Assembly (NCBI GenBank): GCA_009103225.1
Contig: RHPI01002533.1
Coordinates: forward strand, 895,368-959,367
DNA from: Chlorokybus atmophyticus
Lineage: Eukaryota; Plantae; Mesostigma and Chlorokybus algae
Direction: 5' to 3'
Length of the DNA: 64,000 nucleotides
The notes under the pieces are model-generated. The model was not told the origin of the DNA and ran no database searches. It saw only the letters and a program-made list of their open reading frames with translations. The position numbers and the translations under genes are program-made. Within the stretch, counting starts at the first letter, position 1. Each line of letters opens with the position of its first letter. Positions 23,001-44,609 of the stretch are shown here, piece after piece.

Positions 23001-24975
23001 GCGGAGTCAGAACTCAAGGCTCTCAACGTCGAAATAGTTAGTCTGGAGGATGCAACCACACAAGCCTCTGATATTGTAAACAGCTTCAAATCACAAGCCG
23101 AATCTGCAGATGCCACCTTTGAGTCCGCCTTACCTCAGGGACACGCACAGCAGGTCAGCTGCATGGGCATGGTTGCAATGTGTAATAAGCTGTCACATGT
23201 GTATTGCAATTGCAGCTTGCTGCATATAGACTGGTCTACACTCACAGCAAACTGCCAAGAAATACCGTGGCATAGTCACTCCTGCGCTTGGCGGGTAGCT
23301 TTGGTAATTACATGTTGGTCTCACAACAGGTGGAAGCCATGGCCGACTCCCTGTGGAAAAATGTATTTGGCAGCATTGCTGAGAAAGCTGTCATCAAGCT
23401 AGAGGACAACGCGAGACAAGCAGCGGAATCTCAGTTGAACAGCTTGGACGTGCGCCAAGCATGGGATGACTATCGAGGAGAAGCAATTCAAGTCGTTCGT
23501 GACATCTACAGTGATGCTCTGCAGAAAGTTGTGGACTCCTTGCATGGAGCGGTAAGCAAGGATGGGCTGGTGAATTGTCCTCGGTCGCCTATGGCAGGCC
23601 TCAGCTACATCTAACAGCTACAACGTTTGATATCTCTGTACATTATGGGCAGTTGGATGAAGCACAAGCAGGCAGCGTGGGGCCTCAACACAGGACACAA
23701 GTCGCATATGATCTAGACGTGATGTCAACCAAGCGTTATGTTGCTGGTGTTTACGCTGCGTTTGTTGCTGAAATCCCAGCAGCAGAACTGCCATTGAAAC
23801 AGCTTGCTAACAATCCTAGAGCTGGTGAGTTTCGCAAGTGCCGTCACCCAGAAGGTACCAGGTTTCACTGCCATTCAGTTGCTTCTAACACACAACTGTC
23901 AACAGATCGCAGCGTAGAGGACTTTGGACGCCTGGTAACGCAGCTTCGCGAGAAGGCAGTGGCAGCCGTAGCCAACGCTGCTTCCTATACACACTTGCAG
24001 GATTACAACAGCGTACCTGGTGTGGATGCAGCGCTGCAAGACGCTAAGGTGCAATGCATGTGACAGTGCTGTTGCTGCTCTTGGCTTGTTTGTGGCCATT
24101 GATTCAACGGTTGGAGTTGAAATGCTCACAAGAACACTCGCAGGGCCCAATATTAGCACTAGAAAAGGAGTTGGTGGGGTCATACCCCAAGACTGTGCTG
24201 AGGCAAATAGCTCTGGATATCAATGACACCATTGATGCTACCTGCGCGCAAATCAATGCCGCCGCAGGTGAGCTGCATTGAAGTTGCATTCCGTTGCACA
24301 CAGGCTTTGACTGTGTCCGCACCGCAGGCAAGCTTGTCGCACAACTCCTGCTCCCCTCCGACTTCAACGAGGCTGTCAATCAGGCCATCGATCAGGCACA
24401 TAAGAACGTCAGGGCAATGCTGACGCGCTTTGGCATGCCAGCTTCAGGTGGGTGATCATTGCTGTGTGCTTGGAAAGCCTCCTGCAGCTTTTGATGGGTG
24501 TTGAATGTTCTTCGTTGTGGTTTAGCCTTGCCATGCACTTGCGAGTGCGTTGCATTAGCACACTCGCCTGCATCAATTAGCATCAACAATTCATTTTGCT
24601 TGCACACGGCGAGGTTATGTGGCACTTTAGGCACATGGTACTTAGGCAGGATGTTAGAGGTTCTGTCATTAAACTTGACATTTGATTGCGTGCGCAGATC
24701 AAGAGTTGCGGGAGTTGCTGCAAGCTGGGACTGTCCAGCTCACAGAGAAGGTAGAGCTCCGGCAGCAGCAGTTTGAGAGCGCTCGGAGGCGTGTGCAGCT
24801 TGTGATTGGGGCAGTGCTTGCCTTCACGTGCTTCTTGTTTATTGTTGGAGCTGTTGTTGCACGCGTAAGCAACCGACAGAAGCGCCCGCGACAAACCTTG
24901 GAGTATTTGCCCCTTCACGTTGATCCACTCTCCCCTCCCAAACACAAGTCCCGCAACCGCATAGTCAAGACATGA
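20058..24975 (+). CDS. Guanylate-binding-protein/atlastin-like protein with degenerate P-loop, N-terminal signal peptide, helical stalk and C-terminal TM helix
   Basis: Multi-exon. PEGLKVFQ|EVVRPFAVVAAAGVPELTTAILNALL aligns to the GBP G1 region. PSVLWVIENA and LRPATVQGQQVNGSDFAAY..FNVSAW match GBP motifs. Hydrophobic N-terminus LPAVLLLLLLVLQQAAVG; TM VIGAVLAFTCFLFIVGAVVA; stop at 24975. Internal exons only partly traced. Confidence 0.6.
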
Positions 24976-25847
24976 TGGGTATTTATGTGTGAGTAGTAGC
25001 TTGCTCGACACAAGGTTCAACCAAGTGTTGTACTGCCAGTTTGTAGGTTCCATGATGGCTGCACAATGTGGTTGACACGCAGTACCAGGAAACAGTCAGC
25101 TGTCAATGGCAACAGCCATTTGAAGTTTGCCAGTTTGTAAATCTGCCAAGCAAATCTGCTTCTGTCAAATTGCTCTTCCGCTGCTTTACGGGAGTTGCAA
25201 CCAGCCGCATAAGGCGCACGTGCGCAGGGCAGTGTCTCAATTCATTGCACACGCAGTGTAAGGCATGTGTACTGCTGCGTTGAGAATGACTCAGTCATGG
25301 CTGCGGCAATGCGTGCGGTGTGACCTTATGGTGCATTCAAGCTTGCTGGATCGGGTAATGACAGTGGGCCATTAACCGGCTTGGCGCCTTGTTTCTATCA
25401 GCGATATGGATACATGTGGTTGACACGTGTGCTGTGTCGGTTTGCAATAACAACCCTGACACACCCTAATGCAATGGTAGTGTTGGTAGTGACTTAGGTG
25501 GTAGACTAGGTGAGCCAGGTCGGTCAACGTGGTGATAGTTTTGCTTGCATGCTATGCTCTCATCGTGCTTGCTGCATATGCTATGCATGGAATATTGCAC
25601 ACCGCACTTGTGTATAACAGGAATGGACTGTTGAAAAGGTGATCGCACATACTGTAATTGCCTCATATGTCTCTCTCTCTCTTTTCAGCTTGTAGTCAAT
25701 CGGTTTCGGAGCGTGTTTATACAATGATAGATGAGATTCCATAATAGTCAGCCAGTGTTAGCCCAGCTTAGCTAGCTAATGTCAATTTGTAAGCAACCCA
25801 GCAAGAGCGGACTTTGCAACTCGTGCCGCGCGTCACACGCATGCACC

Positions 25848-33347
<7,500 letters not shown>

Positions 33348-34506
33348 GGCGGGGGGTGGGGTGGGTTGAGCTCAGGGGGTGTGGATGTGTTGCTTGTTGT
33401 GCGTGGTGCGCTGGCGGGAGACAAGTGGATGCTGAGCTGCGGTAGTGCTTGCTTGGGGCGTAGCTGATGGAGTGTGTACCTGGTATACCACACAAGCAGC
33501 AGGCGGAGTGTTGATGCAGATCACAGAGCAGTTACTCTTTGATCGTGATGGCAGAATGGAGTATGAGGTCCTGCCGTGCTGTGTTATCTACAATCCTTCA
33601 CAATGTTAGCAGGTTCACACTTCAACCGCTAAGTATCGTATAGACGTTTGGCGTCAACTGGATGCACAGACTCACTGCATTTCGTGTAGGTAGTGATTGG
33701 CGCAGGTTGTTACAGCAGATGCAGGCACACTGTCATCAGCTGCACGTCTGACAGCTTGAAGTCCTACATAAGCTGTTACCGTGATGCACAACAAGCTACA
33801 TTGTTGTATGGTACATTAAGCACTGATGCTAGGTTTGCACAGCAGCAACAAGCTGTTGCTGAGACTGACGCTCACCAGTCCAGGCGAATGGCGAGACAAG
33901 AACCGCCGCCCTCAGGACGCCGCGTGTCAAGACAGCCAGCACTTTACTCAACTATATGTCGCTGACGCTGACCGTACCGTCCTACGCAATCACACCGCCG
34001 CCGCCATCGTCGCCGGCATCGGCGCCGGCATCGCCACCAACGTCCTCAGGCACGTGAGCACAGCAGTTGTCGATATTCCTCCTAAACACCGATATAGTCT
34101 AGTTGCGTGTTGATGTCGGCAGTCTGTTTGTATGCGACCGTTACCGTTCGATGAAGACGTCATATCTGACGGCTGGTAATCGAGGAACATCGTTCGGGTC
34201 TATCCGGTCTAGATCAAACCCAGGTTAGGCTTGCAAATTCTAACCGCGAAAAGGACAGGGCGAGTTGGCTGACTGGCCAGTTTTAACTGAGGGCGGGAAG
34301 CTGGGCGGCAGCGGCGGAAGAGGAGGAGGAGGAGGAGGAAGTAGAGGAGGTAGAGGAGGCGGGCGTCGACCTTTTTAAGAGCCTGTGAGCCTCCATCTTC
34401 CTGGAACCGTTCGTGGCAGGAGGCAGGTGGAAAGAGTGCTTGCTTTGAGTTGGACGTGGGTGTTGCGCTCCCTGTGCATGGCGTAGTCTGGGACGTGGGC
34501 GGAGGC

Positions 34507-35742
34507 ATGGGCGTCACGAGGGAAGGGGAGGCCTTTCTGGGCGCTTGGAGGAACCCGTGCGCGTGCGCGGTGACGGCGGCGCTGGCGCTGGGGTACAGCG
34601 AGGGCGTGGGCTGGCTGGAGCGCAAGGGCTGGCTGCGAGCAAGCACTACACGCAAAGCGCTGCACGTCGGCATGGGACCAATCTTCCTCCAATGCTGGTG
34701 AGTTTCACGCAATCAGAGGGTCAAACCAGTCATTACCCACCAGGCATGCAGCATTTGCAAATGCATGCGCGCACGCACGCACACACGCTCGCTCGTTCGC
34801 TCGCAGCGATCAGCAGTGTGGCATGTGTTGCATAAAGCAAACGGCCACACTGCTCGTGGTTTAAGCAGCAGTGACAGGCTGAGTTGAAGACACCAACGTG
34901 TCGGCATTCGCTATTGCAGGTGGCTTTTTGATGATAGCCCGCACGCCAGGTATTGGGCAGCAGCAGTGCCTGCCCTGGCTGCTGTGCGCGCGGCGGCCGC
35001 TGGACTGGGTCTGACCAAAGATCCGCAACTTGTACATACTATGGCGCGAAAAGACCAGCCTCGTGAGGTTTGCAATACATGCATTGTTATACAAGTACAT
35101 CGATTAACCATTGTAACATGTGCACTCATGATGATGCTGTGCGTGCGTGCGTGCGTGCGTGCGTGCGTGTGGCTGCTTGGCAGCCAAGTGCCACCAGGAT
35201 GTGTACCTATAGTCGCATTGAGGATGCGACACATGCTTTACAGATTCTTGGCGGCCCGCTCCTGTACGCCATCGTGATCGTGGCCATGACAATCCGATAC
35301 TGGCGGAGATCGCCTATCGGTGCGATGGCGATCTTGGTGCTGTGCTTTGGGGACGGGCTGGCGGAGGTTGCGGGGAGGAGGTGGGGCACGCGCCGGAGGC
35401 TGCCGTGGAACTGCGACAAGTCGTGGCCGGGCACGCTGGCTGTGCTCGTGGCATCTTTCATCAGCACAACCTGTCACCTGGTACAGTGCTTAAACTCTCA
35501 GCTCACGCATGGGCACGCGCACATGCGCACATGCGTGCACAAACAGACAAGTACATGTGGTTGCATGGCAGACTGTCTATGGAAGGCTACTGGAAGCCAG
35601 GTTGCCCCCGTTGTCAGCAGCTTGGGCGGTGTTGAGGATCAGCGTCATTGCTGCACTGGTTGAATCGCTGCCACTCGGCACCATCGACAACCTGGTTCTT
35701 CCTGTGCTCGTGTCCGTGTTGGGAGAGCGCTGGCTAGTGTGA
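34507..35742 (+). CDS. Phytol/farnesol kinase family (VTE5/FOLK-like, PF01148-type)
   Basis: Motifs TRKALHVGMGPIFLQCW, E|ILGGPLLY, YWRRSP, CFGDGLAEVAGRRWG, LPWNCDKSWPGT, ALVESLPLGTIDNLVLP. Start codon uncertain. Confidence 0.85.
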
Positions 35743-37494
35743 TTAATGCTGAGGTATGCCAAGCTGCATATCCACTGGTCCCGCGTGGCTTGATGCATGT
35801 GGGAGTGCTCTACACTGCCTGAGCTTGCACTCACCTGCGATTGTTCCCTCAACGTTGCTTATATTAGACACAGTCAGGCAGGAAGCTGATAGAGCGCAGC
35901 AATGGTTGTTGTCGTGTTAGCTGCTGTGCACAGGAAGTTGTAAAGTGTTTGAATCTATCAGAGAGACATGCTAGATGTAGTCTTCAGTGGGTTGCAAACC
36001 TGCGGGCTTGTGTTTCATACAGTGCAGCCGTGACTGGCCACTCTCCACAGACAATTAAGATAAAGTGTGAGGTGCGCAAGTATGTGAGGGTTTGTGCGCT
36101 AGCAAACCTTCCTGTATGTTATTGTGGACTAATCAATGCTTGGCAGTTTCAGAACGAGACAGGACATTTGGTTGGTGCACAGCTCATGTATTGCCTGCAT
36201 CATTGGTCATATGCTAGCATACCCTTGAATCGAATCACATCGTTCACCTGTAGCCAGCCTAGGCCCCCTTGTCCTGGTGGTTGTTAACGGATGTGTGTTA
36301 GAGCTGAGTCTATCACATTGCACAGCATTGCACAATGCTATGACTGGCCCAAACACGGCCTCCCAAATCTGTATAAACAATGTGTACACTTCAGCATACC
36401 CCACATACAAATAGTTCCACGAACAGTCCCCGACAAACCGCGACATCAAACTCAACCCATTCCGTTGCAATAGCCCACATTTGTTGCAACTCGTGTCTTC
36501 TGTTACAATATTGATTGAGAAACGCTTATGAGCATTGTTGCCCTCCACTATCGCAACCGTTGCTAAGTAATATCAGCATTGCAATATATGTGGATAGCGC
36601 CGGTAATGATCATTTATGCTGATGTGTCAAGTTTACATGTTTAAAGCCACGCGCTGTTGTTCAATTATAAAAAAAATTTATGAGGGCATCAAATTGTTGA
36701 AGAAGGTCGCGGTGCGACACGTGAGATAACAACCTGATCATCATAAAAAGCTGCGAGTCTGCTAATATTCGTTCTATCTACTGTAATTTGTTGGCATTTC
36801 TCCAATCCGGCATCCTCATGCACGTTCGAAGGATTTATATATACGAGCAATATGCAACATTTTGTACGTGCACGCTTCATAATAAACGTATAGCACAACA
36901 ATATCCATTACATTATCATATCCATTACAAACGCGGCCTGACAGCCCTGAACATCACACGCATCTTCATTACCGATGCAGTGTCTTCACCCTTATTAAGA
37001 TGAATTCTTGTTATTACACCGTGTGTCACACTCTCATGCATGCCACAATTCCTTGCATTCTATTTATTTTATAGTGTCCTCTCAACTTTTGGATGCACTT
37101 TAGGATCTTTGAATGCATAACTTGACGGTAAGTCCCCGGTAGGTACTAGGGAACTCCTAGTCACATAACGTGGTGAAGTCCAGCTCGCGCGCGCGGGCGT
37201 TCGAGTTTCCGAAAATCAGCAATGGGCGCGCGCCCGCGCCCACGATATCGCTTCAGCGAGGCGCTAGGCTAGACCTATATCCACTGCACGACCCCACCAC
37301 CTGCGACCTCTTTCCTGGCGGCGGCGGCGGCGGCGGCGGCGGTGGAGCATCACCAGCTGGCCGCTCACCAACAGACGCACGTGGCATCAGGCAGAACGTC
37401 GTTCTTGTCACAGAGCATCCGCTGAGCGGGGGCCGCAGCGGGCATTTTACAGAGGGTTGTCGGCGAAGAGGCTGGGTTATTTAGGGTTTGAGGC

Positions 37495-39068
37495 ATGGCG
37501 GACGACGGCGACTACGACGAGCCCGCGTGAGTGCATGCATGCAACGCACCAGTCATCTTTGACACGTAATGGAACCTTGTGCACTGCTGGCTTTTGGTGG
37601 CTTGTTTTGTGAATTGTTGACATAGTCTACTTAAGAACACGTTGCAGTTGGAGGACAATTTACGTGCGAATTGGACATGCCCGCCCGTGTGTAGGATTGC
37701 TTTTGAATCAAAACACGAGTGAACACGGGCATGCGTCCAATCAACCACTCAGTGCAACAGTCATCCGAACTCTACTTAGAATTCGGATGACTGTTGCACA
37801 CCTATTGTTGAGAGTCACATTGATGTTGCATGGAGCATTAGTACATGTGGTATTGACACCACATTTCCAGGCTGTTGTCACTTATGTGCGGATTGCTTCT
37901 TGGCATAAGTGCTGCGTTTACTCGCGAGTGCTCCCGGCATTGCTGGCTTCGGGTGTCCTCGCTGACTTCTTGCTGTGGACAGATATGATGAGCCAGATGA
38001 GCCAGAGGATCTTCCAGAGCCTGAGGTGAGCAAACACATGTTTCTTGCACATGCCCGGCATGCAGCCCGACCCTAGTATAGTCACGACTGAAACACTACT
38101 ACTCACACTAAAGCGCTACTTTAGTTGCACTACAACTGCCCGCCAAGAATGCTAGTTGCTCTGCACCAGTTGCAGAGCAACTAGCGTTCTTGCCCTGCAC
38201 AACCAGTGAAAGCCTCTCTTGCAGGCTCGCTAGTCAGGGTACTCTGAGGTCAAGAGGCATGTTGTGTTACATCTGTAGTGTTGGCATGCATCGGTACGTA
38301 CTTGCAGGAAGAGGAGGAAGAGGGTCCTCCAGAGGTGGAAATTGATGCATCAGGACAGCTGACTACCGGCCAGCCACCACAACAGCAGGTCTGAAAGTTG
38401 TGCATGGACAGTTGTTGTGGGCATGCTGGCTTCTTGCACTCTTCCTGCGTTCAAAATTGGCTGTGAGATGACAATGCAGTCTAACCTTCTTCTGTGCCCC
38501 ACACAGGAGCGAGCCAGGGTCACAACGCGATACATGACCAAATACGAGCGAGCGCGTGTGCTGGGAACGCGTGCGCTGCAAATCAGGTATGCGGTGGGCG
38601 GCATATGCACTTGCGTGCTGGTTTTGGTGATATCCTGTCTCAGTCGTCTCGTCATTTCCTACCAACAGCATGAATGCTCCAATCATGGTGGAATTGGAGG
38701 GTGAGACAGACCCCCTGGAGGTATTACTGCAATTGATGTGGTTGAACTTGAGCCTCCTGCTGTGTTTTACTGACCAAGTGCCGATGTGGCGAATCATGTT
38801 TTTTTGCCTTGCTCGCATCCATGTTGATGCTTTAGAATTGAGTCTTACCGTGGTCGTTGTAGATTGCGTTGAAAGAGTTGAGGGAAGGCAAGATCCCTTT
38901 TACCATTCGCCGTTACTTGCCTGATGGAAGGTGTGTACGCCGTATAGTAAAGACATCAAGTATACCCACGTTGTGCTGGTGCGTGTGGTGACTGTTTGTT
39001 GGCCCGGCAGCTATGAAGACTGGGGTGTTGATGAGTTGATTATTGAAGATAGAGATCGGAGGAGATAG
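37495..39068 (+). CDS. RPB6: DNA-directed RNA polymerases I/II/III shared subunit RPB6 (RPABC2)
   Basis: Seven exons. [23 protein letters not shown]|[18 protein letters not shown]|[22 protein letters not shown]|[12 protein letters not shown]. Confidence 0.95.
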
Positions 39069-39851
39069 GGCAGCAGCGCAGCATGGGAGACGACTTGCAC
39101 GTTGTACCAGAAGTGGAGGTGTGTTATGAAGTGGGTAGATAATGTGTTGCACAGTTGAGGTGCACAAGTGACAGTACACAGTGAGAACTTGAGAGCTGTA
39201 AACCGTAGATCTGGCGGAGTACAAATGTCATGGCTTTTGTGTGAACGCGGCGGCAACCTGGCTATTTGCCGCACAATACCCTCGGCGATCTTCTGTACAC
39301 CGACAACTACAGGATGGCTTGCATGTTTGGGACAAATGCGGCTGCAGCAGCTGGGATGGCACTTCTCTGTGTTATTCATGAGTTTTAATCTTGTGAACTT
39401 AGCAGAGCAGCGCATGACTTTGATGCACCAGTGATATGCATGTAGCGAATGCGCCCGTCACAGCATTGGTATGTTGCAGACGCAGTGCAGCTTTTGCTCC
39501 TAGTGCTGATAAACTGTTTATTGCTTTGCCCCCAACCCCTCCTCAGAGCTGGCAAAAACTGCTGAAACTGGCATGGCCACAACTATGTACAAACCAAGTA
39601 TACAACTCCTGTCCAGTTCTTGCGCAATATTGTATGCTAAGCTTTATGGTGTTGTCGCGTAATGACCAAGTCTTGCAATTATCACGACCTGTTTGAATAG
39701 TACATGCTGAGTGTACAGGATATGCGCAGTGCTGTGTGCAGGCACACGATTGGCAGCGGGAAGTGCGGTTACCAACCTGATGGATAGACCTGAAGGCGCG
39801 CTTATTGTCCTGTACATATCTTCTGTTTGATTGTAACTGCTGATAGGCATG

Positions 39852-42800
39852 TTAAGACGGCCCCGGTAACACTCTGAAGTACTTCTGAAACGCTGCCTCA
39901 TGGCTGCACTGTTCTTGAGCAAAGGCGTACATCTCTAGCAGGAGACGTGGAAAGCGCTTGGTGAAGTATGAGACATACCCTTCAGGTATTGCTCCCAAAG
40001 AGTTCTGCAGCCATGCTAGGGTAAGCGCAACGCGCAAACCAAGTGTGCGGTGGAGTACCAACACAGGTAGCTGGGTGCACACCAACCACAACACCCAACT
40101 TGCATGTGTTCTGCCATGACCAACCACACATGCAGCATCTAGTTTGGGTACTCACCTGTAACTCAGGCGGAAGTTCTCTGTAATGATGGCACTTGTTGCG
40201 GATGACGCGCAGCAAGTCTCGCACACTCTGCATGTTATACTTGCGATACTTGCCCAAGTTGTCCAGCAAGTCATAATCAAGAAAAGAGTCCCATGGGCCA
40301 CCAAGCGCTACTGGTGCACGTGATTCCAATGCACCAAGGATAGTTGAGTTGAGTACCCTGTCTTCCCCTTCAACACGATCGCTGATGTCGATCAGGAAAG
40401 CCAACCGCACTTCAGGCGGCCAGAAGAAAGGATGCAGCAATGCTTCCTCAGCTGAGAGCCGTAGTGAAGGGTCTGGTTGAAGCAGCCTCGTTACCAAATC
40501 GTGTGCCTCAGGCATATGCTGTATGAGCCACAGATCTGGGCGTCCACGCAGTATGTTGGCATCCCGCTCGTAACGATTCTCCCCAAAAGGATGATGACCA
40601 CCCGTCATGCAGAAGTACAATAAACACCCAAGCGAGAAATTGTCAACCGCCCTCGTCTTTCGACCGTCGCGTAATGTTTCTGGCGCCATCCAGCCAGCGC
40701 TGCCAGCAGCTGTGCATAGCAGTCAAATGTCATATTTAGCACATATCACCAAAGCATACAACGCATGTGAACAGCCAAATGTGCATTGTGTTGCCAACCT
40801 GCGCCCCCATGCGTGTCAAAAGAGCTCTGCTCATCCACAAGGCGCTTGGAAATTCCCATGTCAGACAGCTTGGCACGGTTCTGTCGGCTAATGAGGACAT
40901 TGTGTGGTTTGATGTCGCGATGTACTACCCCAAGGCAATGCAGATGCGCCAACCCAGCAACAACATCGCGCATAATTTGCATATTGAAAGTGGTTGGTAC
41001 CTGTCGAAGCAGTGCTGCATGAGACGACACACATCAAGACAACGGAAATGCAGATGACCGACAGCAAGCACAACATTCTCACCTGATTTGCATCCAACCA
41101 TTCCGGAACAATACAGCCATCACCATCTGGCACAACAACCTCCAGTGTTTCACCACTGGAAGAGCTTTTTACATCTGGCAGAGGTGCGCGATTACAAGCG
41201 GCAGTGACAAGGTCAGTTAGGTTGCGCGCGCAGCGCTCGAGTGCCACATAAACAAAGTCGTTGTCTTCCTCCATAGCATAGCAGCGTATGATGTTGGGAT
41301 GCTCATCCGTAACAATCAGCGTGTTAATTTCCTTCTGAGCCGTTTCATAGAACTGCCCAAGCAAGCGCTTCACCTGCGCATACCACCATATGTCATCGTG
41401 CAAGTGAACTATACAAGGGAACACTTAAGTTTTACGGTGCAGCAGTAGCACACTGACAGCTGTGGTACACTTACCGCTACTGTGCGCCCATCCAGCTTGC
41501 CATCATAAACCACAGTGCCATGGCTGCCGTAACCCAACACCCTGGGACCCACGACCAGTCGTCCGACACGAATGGCCCCAGGTGGAAGGTTGTCCACTGC
41601 CAGTTTTCCGGATCCACTGTTGAGAAGCTTGGTGCGAGCTTCCCGGGCTCCTGCATACACACTTTGCATTGAGCGCTAATCTAAAGGCCAGCACATGCGA
41701 CATCATGTACACATCCAATACCCGCACTGTCTCCAGGACTTTTCACTGCCACTGCTTCAATTTGATCATCGTCTGCAAGGCTGGATTTCACTGGCAGATT
41801 AGATGCCTTCTTGCTCTTCTTTCTCTTCGCAGGCTTATTGGGAGTAGTCACAACAATTGATGGTCGCAGCGCCCCTGATCGACGTTGCTTCAACAGTCGC
41901 CGCGCGTAAACCACACTCAAACTGGCAGCAGCACCTAGCAAGGCCCAGATGCCACTGTGCAAAGATGCAATACTACTAAACACCGTTGCGCGTTCACCCA
42001 GACTTTCACCGTCAGCTGCTGGAAGGGCTTTTGATGGCATCGAGCTGGAATTGGCTGCTGGCAGCTGAGGTAACCGCCGTTTAGTCTGTGGTCTGTGTAT
42101 CATGTCGGGGGCATTGGTCGCGGTGTAGTTTTCAACTAGGCAGAGCCACTGCTGTTGCTGTGCACTCTTAAAGCTGAATGGCATCAACACCGTGGAGTGC
42201 TCACTAAGATCGGGCACTTCAAAGTATGGCGCATCGTCCAATGCTCTTCTGGAGGACATGACAGCGTGCTCCGGGCTGGGCAGGGCATACAGCTGACCTC
42301 CCATCAGTCCCACCATAACGCTGCCATGCTGATCTATCTCTGCATCCGGTGCAAGTAGCAGAGGTTGCCCACTGCCCATGAAATATGCAACGGGTTGTGT
42401 CATAAACTCAACCGACCACGCATCCCAGCCGGTGTTCACATCAGTGCTGTGCAGATGTTTGTACGCGTCTACAATGAGATGCTGACTGGAGGACTCGCTA
42501 GCAGGAGGTCCAATGGCATTCACGCCTCCGTGGTGGGGAGTAATTGGTGCAACTTGAGAAAACGACAAGTTCCAGTGCTCTACGCCAGTGCTTCGCTCAA
42601 CAGATCTTACAGTGTAATCTTTTCTACCGATTAGCACCGTTCGCCCCTGCCCTGGTGGGCGCATGACAAATGATGGATTGTCAGGCACATCTGCATCAAT
42701 GCAAAGTTGCGCAGCCACCCACATACCTTTATTACGAAGGACAAGTGCATCATCATCTGCCTCCATAGAGGTCCCGAGGTCGCTACGGCTGTAGTGTGTC

Positions 42801-43800
42801 TGTTGCAAAGCTCCAGTGCCTGCGTCCAGTTCATATACAGTCGTGCGGAGTTCTCCATACAAAAGCGCACCGTCTGGCGTCATGGAGGGACCCAACTCCA
42901 CAAGCTCTTTCACCGTCAGTGGAAGCCGCTGCACATACCATGTTGTAAGTTTCATGAACGGTGGATCATGTATTGTTTGCCCAACTTTGCATTGGCCTGA
43001 CCTGAAGCGGCTGATTTTGTCGGTAAGCGTACAGCACACCATCTGCACCCGGAAAGATGTGGCCGTCTGCATTCTCAAGGTCCTCCGCAGACCCAAACTG
43101 CCTAGAGCTGGAGACCAGTGGTGCTCCAGATGAAAAGGACCACTGGATACTTCCTGTGGAGGGCTCAATTGCATGGACAGTGCCATCCAGCAGCGACACA
43201 TACAACGACCTGGCCACCGCAACAAGCATCAGACCGATGTTCCAATCGGCAACATTGTCACACGCCACCTGGCTGTGGAACTTGTAATGTACCAAACCCA
43301 AAAACGACAACATGCAGAGAGTACGAGGCGCAAGCAATGTCAGTCAATACCGATGTGTTGCTCCATCACGAAGCATGGCACTCGAGCGCTGACATGCCCC
43401 AGGACTCCGTTGCAAAAATGCATGCAAATGCTTGCGTCTCAATGCATGACAGCAGCATCTTGTTGCGTCAGGCATGCATTTCAACACAAAAACGATACTT
43501 TATTCAACCACAGTCGCGCAGTAAAATAAACAAGCCTGCCTGGCTAAGAGTCAACGAACACAGCTGCAAGCACATGAGCAACTGTACGCACCCTGCACCA
43601 TCATTGCTGCCAGTGTCCGCAACGTGCAATACAGAAGCTTCCGACTGGTTTTTTTTCTGCCCTTCGTCAGCGGCAGAAAGAACTGTGTCAGGCCTCGCTA
43701 GCAGCAGCACGGCTAAGACAAGCAGGCGGCAAGCCCAGTGAAGACGCCTCCACCAACCAGCCGACCGACGAGCAGACGACCCTCCCCGGCTCGGACTCAT
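39852..43800 (-). CDS. IRE1: IRE1 ER-stress sensor: signal peptide, luminal domain, TM, Ser/Thr kinase, KEN endoribonuclease
   Basis: Motifs VSLLDGTVHAIEPSTGSIQWSFSSG, IGRKDYTV, LGYGSHGTVVYDGKLDGRTVAV, HPNIIRCY, VHRDIKPHNVLI, LSDMGISK, RDLLRVIRNKCHHYRELPP, YFTKRFPRLL. Confidence 0.95.
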
Positions 43801-44609
43801 GGTAGCCTGACACAACACCTGCAGGCCTGCAGCAAGAAGCGAGCAAAACCCCTGGCCTGGCTGCTCTCACAGCTGAAGCAAAAACCTGACGCAGCCAAGC
43901 AGTAAAGCTCCGTTGGCCACAAAGCAGTTGCTGCGCACACAGGCGCTACGAGCGACAGCAACAAAGCTTGCCCCAAACAGCGGGCAGCGGCGGCAACCGC
44001 GCAGACATTTGCCGCCACGTGTCCAAAGCTACACTGCTGCGCGAATTCCTGCATCAGCCTGCATGCCGTCCCTACCCAGTGTAGATGCAGCGCACCTTTC
44101 TGAAGCTGCACTGGGTATATGCATTGTTCACGAGTCATTACTCATGTGTGAAGCCTCCTAGCGATTACCGGGAAGCCGAGATGCGATTACATCAAATGGT
44201 TGGTTCAATGTCCTACACACCGGGTACCACATTGGATGCGTATGAGCTCTCACACGATGCAAGATATTAGTCACAATGGTTGCTAACTACAATCTTACAC
44301 TAGTGTGCAAAGTCGGGCATGTATTATGACACTACGATCCGTTATCTTTGGTGGTAGGAGTTGTAACAGGTTGAGCAATCGTCTGTACTTGTATTGACTG
44401 CTACCCTCCCTCTCAATATAAATCAGTCGACAACACTGCTAGAAGCGAACAATCGCGTCTGTACATGCCCAAAAGCTATCTGTCAACACATTGCATCAAA
44501 TTTCACATGAGCAATTGCGTCCATCATCTGTGTTACTCAAGTCACATGTGCATGTGTAGATTTCGCACGGTCCCTTCAAGCTGATGCGGAGACCCGACGC
44601 ACACGGCGA

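Noticed and set aside
33600-34200. Short ORFs between CFAP70 and the phytol kinase gene
   Set aside because: No family motifs and no consistent splice model; likely UTR or promoter sequence.
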